Below, one piece after another: positions 1-10,740 of a stretch of 64,000 nucleotides of DNA (position 1 is the first letter of the stretch; each line of letters opens with the position of its first letter). A program made the translations under genes and the position numbers. The notes beneath the pieces were generated by a model. The model ran no database searches, was not told the origin of the DNA, and saw only the letters and a list, made by a program, of their open reading frames with translations. Source of the stretch: Macrostomum lignano (lineage: Eukaryota); contig NIVC01000299.1 in NCBI GenBank assembly GCA_002269645.1, positions 62,001 to 126,000 of the forward strand. Direction: 5' to 3'.

Positions 1-20
1 AGAGAGAGAGAGAGAGAGAG
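1..20. repeat. (AG)n microsatellite, truncated by window edge
   Basis: agagag run at positions 1-20. Confidence 0.9.
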
Positions 21-905
21 AGCGCAGTTCAGGTATTAACAAGGTCAACCTCTAATTTCTTGGTTGACAATCTAGTTATCAAATTAATATAATATTTAGC
101 ATCTTATGAGTAAATTGTTCATTTGAGTTTTCAAATCATTTTTATTTTAAATAATTGCCTTTGCAGTGCAGTCAAAGAAGTTTCTGGGTAAATAGGGTTT
201 TATTAAAAAGTTTATTTTGCTAGAAACAGTTTTAATAACACTTTCCATAGTTGCTCCATATTTGTTTTGCCATTTTTTTCAAATGAGTATTAAAAAAATC
301 ACTCTAATTAAGCAGTTAAAATTAAAATTAAGCAGCTGCTAAGTATGCCCTGTGTTTTTATGGCTGTTTTGTATTTCTACAATCAAAATAATTAATTGGT
401 TCGTTTTTATTCAAATTATTTACGAATTTTTCAGTGAAAACATTGTCTAAACTAGAGTTATTTTATTTTTTTCAAGATTTTCTACATAAATAAGTAATAT
501 AGGTAATTTTCAATAATATCCTGTAAAATCTTTATGTCTATGTTTTATATGAGATTAAGCATGACTTTTCGGGCCCTCGTGATTTATACAAATAGCTCCC
601 TCAAAAGGAATGCTAGCAGGTTGATCTGGACAGACAAAAACTCTTAGACAACTTAACAGATATTGCCTCGATATGCAATAGTTTTAATTTAAAAAAACTG
701 AGATCTCTTTGTTTAAGTAAAATCGAGCTACAGCTATTTTTAGAACAGCTATACTCGTAAGTATAGTTTTCTCCATAGACGAGCTCACGCAGTTATGAGT
801 TATTTTAAGCTCAACTTTGCGGAACCAAATAAACAGTCGATGAGCTGAGAACTTTCCGAACGCTCACACGCGATGCAACAAAAAACTTGTTTATTTAACC
901 CGGCG

Positions 906-1265
906 ATGCCCCGTCCGTTGCAGCGCAAGCAGATGAAAAGTGGCGGCAACCGCAGCAAGAAGGTGAAGGTCTGGGTTCGAGTCCGGCCCAGCCAGAACTT
1001 CGCCGACGACGCCATCAAGCTGGACCCGGAGGGCCGGTCGCTGCAGATCAGCGTGCCGCGGCCCGGCGGCGACCAGCAGCCGCAGCAGCGCGGCTTCGCC
1101 AACAACCAGCGCTCCGACTGGTCCTTCCGCACCGACGGCATCTTCTCCAACTCCTCGCAGCAGGAGGTCTACGAGACTGTGGGGGCCGACCTCATCGAAA
1201 GCGGCTTGGCGGGCTACAACGGCACCATCATGTGCTACGGCCAGACCGGAGCGGGTGAGCTGAGC

Positions 1266-1296
<31 letters not shown>

Positions 1297-1357
1297 GTGT
1301 CTGTCTGTGTGTCTGTCTGTCTGTCTGTCTGTGTGTCTGTCTGTGTGTCTGTCTGTG

Positions 1358-1398
<41 letters not shown>

Positions 1399-1489
1399 TA
1401 GTGTCTGTCTTAGTGTCTGTCTGTGTGTCTGTCTGTGTGCCTGTCTGTCTGTCTGTCTGTCTGTGTGTCTGTCTGTGTGTCTGTCTGTG

Positions 1490-1532
<43 letters not shown>

Positions 1533-1545
1533 GTGTCTGTCTGTG

Positions 1546-1612
<67 letters not shown>

Positions 1613-1613
1613 A

Positions 1614-1650
<37 letters not shown>

Positions 1651-4600
1651 TAGTGAATCTACAAAGCTGCTTGCCAATGCTCAAAGATCGCTCTCGTGCG
1701 TGGTGTTTCAGGCAAAACTTTCACCATCACGGGTGCCACCGAGATGTTCCACAATCGCGGTCTGGTGCCCAGGGCGCTGAGCCATCTGTACAAGGAGATC
1801 GAGGCCAAGTCCGACCTGGCCATCACGGTGCGCATTACCTACTTGGAGATCTACAACGACACCATGCTGGACCTGCTGGCCACCATGCCCGACAGCCAGG
1901 AGGCCGGCAGCCCGCTGGTCATCACCGAGGAGAATGGCGGCGTCTACGTCAAAGGCCTGAATGTCCACCTGGCGCAATCGGAGGAGGAGGCGCTGAACCT
2001 GCTGTTTGAGGTGATTAGGCGGGCTGCGCATCTGGATCTGAGTTCTGATTAGGCTGTTTGTGCATTTGAGGCAGCAGAGCAGCTTAGCGGCCACGACCCC
2101 TGGTTCAATTCCGTGTGTTCCAAAGTTGACCAAGGGTTAGCCGTTCGAGTCTCACCAATGAGGACCAGCTCCCAAGGCACACAGAGTGAACATGCCTGAC
2201 GATTAGAAAGTCAGGGGCCGTTGTACACCCTGTATGAGTGCGTGCCTTCGTACAGTATCGGCACGCTTGAATGGGCTCAGGAGTCACCGAAGTATTTTAA
2301 ATAATTTTGAGTTTCACTGAGCGGCTCAATTCAGGGTTTCGAGTATTTAATTAGCATCAGGGATTAACCATATACATGTAGCTAGGTTGCGAAAGCACTC
2401 AGACCCCGGATTTAGGGGATGGGTGACCATTTTTGAATAGCCACTGTCAGCATCATAAAGTAAAATAATAATCTTCGCCCAGTAGCCCTACTGTCGCCAT
2501 TGAAAAACCCGCACCGCAGGGCGAGACCAACCGCGCCACGGCTGCTCACGCGCTGAACAAGAACTCTTCCAGGTCGCACACGATTTTCACCGTCTACCTG
2601 GAGACCCGGTCCCGGTTCCAGTCCAATTCCAAGTACACAACGTCCAAGATTAACTTCGTAGATCTGGCCGGATCCGAGAGGCTGCAGAAAACCCTGAGCA
2701 CGGGAAAGACTCAGCAGGAGGCCTCCTACATCAACAAGTCGCTGTCGTTTCTCGAGCAGACAGTCATCGCGCTGACGGAGAAGAACCGCGACCACGTGCC
2801 TTACAGGCAGAGCAAGCTGACACACTACCTGAAGGACAGCATCGGCGGCGGCTGCAAGACCATCCTCATCGCCAACATCTGGGGCGACGTCAGGCAGCTT
2901 GACGAAACTGTGAGTTCCTGGACACTCTTTGATGAGCCGCCATTGGTGCAGTATTAGACTGGACACTCTTTGATGAGCCGCCATTGATACAGTATTAGAC
3001 TGGACACTCTTTGATGAGCCGCCATTGATACAGTATTAGACTGGACACTCTTTGATGAGCCGCCATTGATGCAGTATTAGACTGGACACTCTTTGATGAG
3101 CCGCCATTGATGCAGTATTAGACTGGACACTCTTTGATGAGCCGCCATTGATACAGTATTAGACTGGACACTCTTTGATGAGCCGCCATTGATGCAGTAT
3201 TAGACTGGACACTCTTTGATGAGCCGCCATTGATGCAGTATTAGACTGGACACTCTTTGATGAGCCGCCATTGATGCAGTATTAGACTGGAAACTCTTTG
3301 ATGAGCCGCCATTGGTGCAGTATTAGACTGGACACTCTTTGATGAGCCGCCATTGATGCAGTATTAGACTGGAAACTCTTTGATGAGCCGCCATTGATGC
3401 AGTATTAGACTGGAAACTCTTTGATGAGCCGCCATTGATGCAGTATTAGACTGGAAACTCTTTGATGAGCCGCCATTGGTGCAGTATTAGACTGGACACT
3501 CTTTGATGAGCCGCCATTGATGCAGTATTAGACTGGAAACTCTTTGATGAGCCGCCATTGATGCAGTATTAGACTGGAAACTCTTTGATGAGCCGCCATT
3601 GATGCAGTATTAGACTGGAAACTCTTTGATGAGCCGCCATTGGTGCAGTATTAGACTGGACACTCTTTGAGCACCCACCTGTTCCTCCTGCTTTCGGAGG
3701 CTGCGTCAATGGAATGGGCGAAATTGGCTCGCCAGTTGTAAGGCCCAGGGTGCCCGCAAGCCCACCTGCGCATTGCATCTTCAATACCCCCCCCCGATCT
3801 ACCTGCAGGTTTCCACAATGCGATTCGCCCAACGAATGAGCTGCGTTGCCAGCGAGCCGGTGGAGAACCAGCGCACCGATCCCAGCGTGAGCAGCGGCTT
3901 TTGCTTTGGGCGATTTTAAATAGCTGAGCAATTTTTGTCATATTCAACGATTTTCAGCGAATTTTTATTCAGGGCGTTAGAATCATGTGATTCTGGGGGT
4001 AAGAATCGTGTGATTCTGGGGGTAAGAATCGTGAGATTCTGGGGGTAGGAAATGTGAGATTCTGGGGGTAAGAATCGTGAGATTCTGGGGGAAAGAATCG
4101 TGAGATTTTAGGGGAAAAATCGTGAGATTCTGGGGGTAAAAATCGTGAGATTCTGGGAATAAGAATCGTGAGATTCTATGGGTAAGAATCGTGAGATTTT
4201 GAGGGTAAGAATCGTGAGATTTTGAGGGTAAAAATCGTGAGATTTTGAGGGTAAGAATCGTGAGATTCTGGGGGTAAGAATCGTGTGATTCTGGGGGTAA
4301 GAATCGTGAGATTCTGGGGGTAAGAATCGTGAGATTCTGGGGGAAAGAATCGTGAGATTTTAGGGGAAAAATCGTGAGATTCTGAAGGTAAAAATCGTGA
4401 GATTCTGGGAATAAGAATCGTGAGATTCTATGGGTAAGAATCGTGAGATTTTGAGGGTAAGAATCGTGAGATTTTGAGGGTAAAAATCGTGAGATTTTGA
4501 GGGTAAGAATCGTGAGATTCTGGGGGTAAGAATCGTGAGATTCTGGGGGTAAGAATCGTGAGATTCTGGGGGTAAGAATCGTGAGATTCTGGGGTAAGAA

Positions 4601-7600
4601 TCGTGAGATTCTGGGTGTAAGAATCGTGAGATTCTGGGGGTAAGAATCGTGAGATTCTGGGGGTAAGAATCGTGAGATTCTGGGGGTAAGAATCGTGAGA
4701 TTCTGGGGGTAAGAATCGTGAGATTCTGGGGGTAAGAATCGTGAGATTCTGGGGGTAAGAATCGTGAGATTCTGGGGGAAAGAATCGTGAGATTTTAGGG
4801 GAAAAATCGTGAGATTCTGGGGGTAAAAATCGTGAGATTCTGGGAATAAGAATCGTGAGATTCTATGGGTAAGAATCGTGAGATTTTGAGGGTAAGAATC
4901 GTGAGATTTTGAGGGTAAAAATCGTGAGATTTTGAGGGTAAGAATCGTGAGATTCTGGGGGTAAGAATCGTGTGATTCTGGGGGTAAGAATCGTGAGATT
5001 CTGGGGGTAAGAATCGTGAGATTCTGGGGGAAAGAATCGTGAGATTTTAGGGGAAAAATCGTGAGATTCTGGGGGTAAAAATCGTGAGATTCTGGGAATA
5101 AGAATCGTGAGATTCTATGGGTAAGAATCGTGAGATTTTGAGGGTAAGAATCGTGAGATTTTGAGGGTAAAAATCGTGAGATTTTGAGGGTAAGAATCGT
5201 GAGATTCTGGGGGTAAGAATCGTGAGATTCTGGGGGTAAGAATCGTGAGATTCTGGGGGTAAGAATCGTGAGATTCTGGGGGTAAGAATCGTGAGATTCT
5301 GGGTGTAAGAATCGTGAGATTCTGGGGGTAAGAATCGTGAGATTCTGGGGGTAAGAATCGTGAGATTCTGGGGGTAAGAATCGTGAGATTCTGGGGGTAA
5401 GAATCGTGAGATTCTGGGGGTAAGAATCGTGAGATTCTGGGGGTAAGAATCGTGAGATTCTGGGGGTAAGAATCGTGAGATTCTGGGGGTAAGAGTCATG
5501 ATTAAAACAATGTTTTTTATTTCAAAGTATTTGGGATTTTTTATTTTCCATGGGATTTTTGTCAAGCCAAGTTTTGGTGGCAACACTGCTTTGGACTGTT
5601 AAAACTGAGTCTTTGATTGCTTAAGCGTAGGCGTGCGAAGTACTTTGAGAACTATGCGAAAAGATGAGGGATATCAGGAGAAAGTTTTGGTAGAGTTTGA
5701 GCAGATCGGTTTTATTTTGTGGCATTAGACTCGAAACTTGAGTAGATCAACAGGTACAGTCACCAACTACCAATTCAATTAAAATTTATCCACAGTAACA
5801 ACCAGGGGCGTCGCCAAGGGCATGCCCAATGCTCCCCCCGCCCCACCTTGTGAACAGTTATGGCAGTCATAACTTTGCTACAGGGCACCAAAATATAGCG
5901 CCTTTGACGCCAAGATGAGTGCCTGTCTGCGGCGCCAAGATGAGTGCCTGTCTGTGGCGCCAAGATGAGTGCCTGTCTGTGGCGCCAAGATGAGTGCCTG
6001 TCTGTGGCGCCAAGATGAGTGCCTGTCTGTGGCGCCAAGATGAGTGCCTGTCTGTGGCGCCAAGATGATTGCCTGTGGTGCCAAAATGACTGCCTGTGGC
6101 AATAATTAGAATAAATAAAATCAATAAAAATAATTACCCGTGTGTAACTACTAGAACTAACTAGGAAGAAATATTGACAAAATGCCAAAAAGAATTAAAA
6201 CCGACCGATGCAAGTTTACTACTTCAATATACTAAAAATATACACTCTATTAGTAGTATCACGACGCCATAGCGAGACCTGAACTCCGATCCCACAGATA
6301 ATGGTGAAGGTGCTGGAGGCGGAGATCGCCGCATTGAAGAAGGAGCTGGCGATGCACAACACCCTGGTGAGTGAAGTTCCAATGGGCAAAGTCTGTGAAA
6401 AAGATGCTACCATTGTTCAAATGCAGTGATGCGTTTTCTGTTTCAAAACCATTTAATCGTAAAATTGCGTCTGATTTTCAGAAAATCGAGGAGCTGTTCG
6501 AAAAAGTAGTCTTGAACTTATCATTATGAATTGTTTTATTCAAAATATGTTTATAAAATCTCTCTTTGATCAGTTAGTTCTGTCAGCATTCGCTAATACA
6601 GCTCTAGTTACATCAGAGGTCACCAGCTCAGAAGACAGTTGCCTGCTCATTCACTGACTGCAAAGTCGTTACAATATTCTTGTTCACATATTTTAGACAA
6701 ACGTCGCTTTTAATAATTAACAGTAATAAGTAATGATGGTTTTTAATATCGGGGTTTCAACCAGTTTAACATAAACTATTTTATCTTGCACACCGCATCA
6801 TGCTATTGGCGCACAAGCAGTTTTTATAAATCGGAACCAAATTTGAGCAACTTCATTAAAACAAAATCTAATTATTTTTCACGTTTTTTTTTCGAATTCG
6901 CCGCTCCCGCAGCACAACAAGTCGCACATCCACTACGAGCCCATCTCCGAGCAGCAGCGGTTCGAGCTGCGCCAGCAGGTTCAGCGTTACATCGATGGCG
7001 ACCTGGATGACATCGATGTGAGAGGGGAGGGCAGAGAGGGGCAGAAGTGGACGACAGGGAGAGGGGAGAGGGAGAGAGGAAAGGGAGATGGGACAGGTGA
7101 GAGATGGGTCAGGTGAGAGATGGGGTCAGGTGAGAGATGAGGCAGGTGAGAGATGGGACAGGTGAGAGATGGGTCAGGTGAGAGATGAGGCAGGTGAGAG
7201 ATGGGACAGGTGAGAGATGGGACAGGTGAGAGATGAGGCAGGTGAGAGATGGGACAGGTGAGAGATGGGACAGGTGAGAGATGAGGCAGGTGAGAGATGA
7301 GGCAGGTGAGAGATGAGGCAGGTGAGAGATGAGGCAGGTGAGAGATGAGGCAGGTGAGAGATGAGGCAGGTGAGAGATGAGGCAGGTGAGAGATGAGGCA
7401 GGTGAGAGATGGGACAGGTGAGAGATGAGGCAGGTGAGAGATGGGACAGGTGAGAGATGAGGCAGGTGAGGACGGTCTGATAAAAGCCTCATCAACTCCG
7501 ACCCGCAGCTGACGAGCATCCGGCAGATCCAGGCGGTCTTCGAGCTGTTCCGGGAGGCCTGCTTGGCCAGCCGGGAGGAGGCGGACACTCGCCTGCAGGA

Positions 7601-10600
7601 ACTGCTGGCCGCCCAGCAGGCCGGGGGCGTCGCCGCCACGCCGCCTGAGGGCGCCGCCCGCTCGCTCGGACCGTCGACGTCCGGCGCTCAACTCGGCGGC
7701 GAGGCTGTCGGCGACCTCGATGGTCGCAGTTTCGGCATCGCGGCGCGCAGCGAAGTCGGCATGGACGAGTCCGGCGTCTTCCTGCAGAGCAAGCGGCGCG
7801 AGGCAGCCGCCGCCACCGCCGCCTCCTCCAAGAAGCAGCGCCAGCACCCACTGGGCGCCGGTGGCGGCTCCTCCTCGGGCGCCGCCGCTGGCGCCGACTC
7901 AGAGGGCACTCTGGACGCCGTCGGCAGCTCCGATCCGGCCGCGGCCGCCGCTGCCAGGCCGGGGACGCCGCCTTCGAGGACGCAGGCGTTCGAGGAGTTC
8001 AAGAAGGAGCTGGGATCTGAGATCTACAGGATCCTCAATGAGAATAGGAGTGAGTCTCAAGCCTCACCCTGCAAGCCTCACCCTGCAAGCCTCACCCTGC
8101 AACCCTCACCCTGCAAACCTCACCCTGCAACCCTCACCCTGCAAGCCTCACCCTGCAAGCCTCACCCTGCAAACCTCACCCTGCAACCCTCACCCTGCAA
8201 GCCTCACCCTGCAAGCCTCACCCTGCAAGCCTCACCCTGCAAACCTCACCCTGCAACCCTCACCCTGCAACCCTCACCCTGCAACCCTCACCCTGCAACC
8301 CTCACCCTGCAACCCTCACCCTGCAACCCTCACCCTGCAACCCTCACCCTGCAACCCTCACCCTGCAACCCTCACCCTGCAACCCTCACCCTGCAACCCT
8401 CACCCTGCAACCCTCACCCTGCAAGCCTCACCCTGCAACCCGCACCCGCAGCCACCATGATGGACAAGAAGAAGGAGTACTCCAACCTAGCCAGCCAGGT
8501 GAACACCACCAAGACAGAAATCGATCGGTCGCGACTTCGTCTCGACGCGCTGAAGGTGGAGCGCGAGGCCCAGGGCAACCTGTACACAGACGAAGGCGAG
8601 CTCATCATTAACGAGGAAGAGTTTGTTGAGATCAAGAAGCTGCGCCAGCTCAAGGAGTCTTACAAAGCCGACTTTGACAGGCTCAAGGAGCTGAAGACGC
8701 AGATACACTATTGCCAGAAGATGGTGGACCTGACCCGACAGAAGCTCATTCAGGGTGAGTGCTTGGCTCAGCTCAGTGCTAACAGATGAGCAAAATGGTA
8801 ATATTTCTTTGTGAGCTCATACACAAAAAATGGCCGGGTTATTTTTCGTTCAATGTACGCCCTGGACACCAGTTGCGTACACTCTGTGTGAGTGTGAGCT
8901 GACTGCTGACCTCCTCGCTGTCTGCGGGCCAGCTATGGATTGGATTTCTGTCAAACAAAAAACAAGCAAACGAAAAATCGAAAAAACAAAAAACCAACAA
9001 ACTAATTACAAATTAACAAAGTAACAAACAAATCAACCAAAAAAGGAAGCCAGAAAAAATCGAGCCAAAGAAAATAGCAAAGCAACAAACGAATTAATCA
9101 TTCAACAACCAAATCAACAAACAAAACCAACAAACAAACCAACAAACAAACAAACAAACAAACCAACAACAAACAACAAACAAAAAACCAACAAACAAAA
9201 AACCAACAAACAAAAAACCAACAAACCAACCAACAAACAAACCAACAAACCAACCAACAAACAAACAACAAACAAATGAACGAACAAACCAACAAACAAG
9301 CAACAAACCAACACACAAACCAACAAACCAACAAACAAACCAACAAGCAAACAAACAACGAATAAACCAACCAACCAACCAACCAACCAACCAACAATCT
9401 CCCTCTACCGCAGAGTTTGACAAGTGGTACGCCGAGTCATTCCTGGACGGCAGTCCGGACAAGCGCGGCGTCGCTCCCACCAGCCTGGAGGCCGGCCTGG
9501 GCGTCCGGCCCGAAGTGCTGCCGCCGAAGCCGTACGAAGATCCGCTGGAGCGATTCGACAAAGTCAAGCACCGACAACTGGAGCACATGGTGGATCTTGA
9601 GGCGTACAACAGGGCCAAGGAGGCCACGGTGCACAGGGTGAGTTAAAGACCTGAAGCTCTAAGCTTTAGGGGTATCTCATCGATGGCTTATCTGACTAGC
9701 AAGATGCATGCGCAGCCGCATGTACCGGAATTCGAGCAGGGATTTGCCCGCAGTGTTTCGTGCTTTTTCTGTCCATAATAAGGACCAGTGCCTGACGATG
9801 CGAAAGTCAGAATTGATGTACACCCTGTCTGAGCGTGTGTCTGTGTACGCATCCATGAGGGAGTGAGTTCTCAGAGTTCGACAAAATGGGCGTGACTGAC
9901 TGCTTGCCTCCTCACAGTCTCCGGCGTGACTGCCGCCTTGACTTGCGGCAGAGCCCAAGAATCTCGTACAAAACTAGCTAGCTAGTGGAATTCCAAACTT
10001 GAAAAGCTCGCTATTTCAACCACGTTGTTTGTTGGCTGTTTTGCTTATTTGTTTGTTGCTTTGCTTATTTGTTTGTTGCTTTGTTGCTATTTTTTGTTGG
10101 TTTGTTTGTTTATTTGTTGGTTTGCTTGTTGGTTTGCTTGTTGGTTTGCTTGTTGGTTTGCTTGTTGGTTTGCTTGTTGGTTTGCTTGTTGGTTTGCTTG
10201 TTGGTTTGCTTGTTTGTTTGCTTGTTGGTTTGCTTGTTGGATTGCTTGTTGGTTTGCTTGTTGATTGGTTTGCTTGTTGGTTTGCTTGTTGGTTTGCTTG
10301 TTGGTTTGCTTGTTGGTTTGCTTGTTGGTTTGCTTGTTTGCTTGTTGGTTTGCTTGTTGGTTTGCTTGTTGGTTTGCTTGTTGGTTTGCTTGTTGGTTTG
10401 CTTGTTGGTTTGCTTGTTGATTTGCTTGTTGGTTTGCTTGTTGGTTTGCTTGTTGATCACATGTTGATCCTCATGGCAGGAATTGCACAAACCGCAGGCA
10501 ATTTTGTGCACCAACCCCACGTTGATGTGGTTGCTCAGGGAATCACCGAAACTCATGGGGGTAGCGGGGGGTTATTCGGTGCGCACAGTTCGAAGTTTCG

Positions 10601-10740
10601 AGCTCACAAAACGCCCGCCTCGAACCCCGCAGCACGTGTTCAGCAAGGCGGGTCAGCAGGGCCAGCCGGCCAGGCGCAAGCCGGGCACTCCGCTTGTCAA
10701 CCAGCGAAACGAGCCGCCGTCCCGGTTGGAAATCATGTGA
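906..10740 (+). CDS. KIF9: Kinesin-9 family motor KIF9, 10 coding exons, ~821 aa
   Basis: Exons 906-1254 (alternative ATGs at 873 and 933), 1712-2010, 2520-2909, 3809-3886, 6298-6366, 6913-7017, 7509-8049, 8452-8754, 9414-9637, 10633-10740. All introns are GT-AG with compatible phases. Motifs: [10 protein letters not shown]-loop GQTGAG|KTFT split by intron 1, switch I NKNSSRSH, switch [19 protein letters not shown]. The stalk segment [40 protein letters not shown] matches KIF9 rather than KIF6 as I recall the families. Confidence 0.92.
1265..1650. repeat. (CTGT)n/(GTCT)n microsatellite in KIF9 intron 1
   Basis: Tetranucleotide run with GT variants; source of the CLSV and TDRQ pseudo-ORFs. 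Confidence 0.95.
2917..3670. repeat. 41-bp minisatellite, ~18 copies, KIF9 intron 3
   Basis: Unit gactggacactctttgatgagccgccattgatgcagtatta; period 41 (3061 vs 3102); begins a few nt after the donor. Confidence 0.95.
3985..5495. repeat. 23-bp minisatellite with higher-order structure, KIF9 intron 4
   Basis: Unit aagaatcgtgagattctgggggt; variant block (marker ttttagggg) recurs at 4106, 4358, 4793 and 5045. Confidence 0.95.
5905..6095. repeat. 25-bp minisatellite, KIF9 intron 4
   Basis: Unit ggcgccaagatgagtgcctgtctgt; period 25 (5941 vs 5966). Confidence 0.9.
7085..7470. repeat. 16-bp purine-rich minisatellite, KIF9 intron 6
   Basis: Units caggtgagagatgagg and caggtgagagatggga. Confidence 0.92.
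8058..8440. repeat. 14-bp minisatellite filling KIF9 intron 7
   Basis: Unit cctcaccctgcaa(g/c); runs into the acceptor cccgcacccgcag at 8451. Confidence 0.92.
8950..9395. repeat. (CAAA/CAAC)-rich low-complexity tract, KIF9 intron 8
   Basis: aaacaaaccaac-type degenerate repeat. Confidence 0.9.
10025..10455. repeat. 12-bp (GTTTGCTTGTTG)n repeat, KIF9 intron 9
   Basis: Regular 12-mer with a degenerate 5' part. Confidence 0.92.

Noticed and set aside
8050-8451. KIF9 intron 7 is 402 nt, in frame and stop-free, so it could be coding
   Set aside because: It has a strong GTGAGT donor and a CAG acceptor, and splicing restores continuous KIF9-like sequence (ENR-TTMMDKKK). The repeat lacks stops by composition, and a length divisible by three is a 1-in-3 chance. 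Retention is possible but unsupported.
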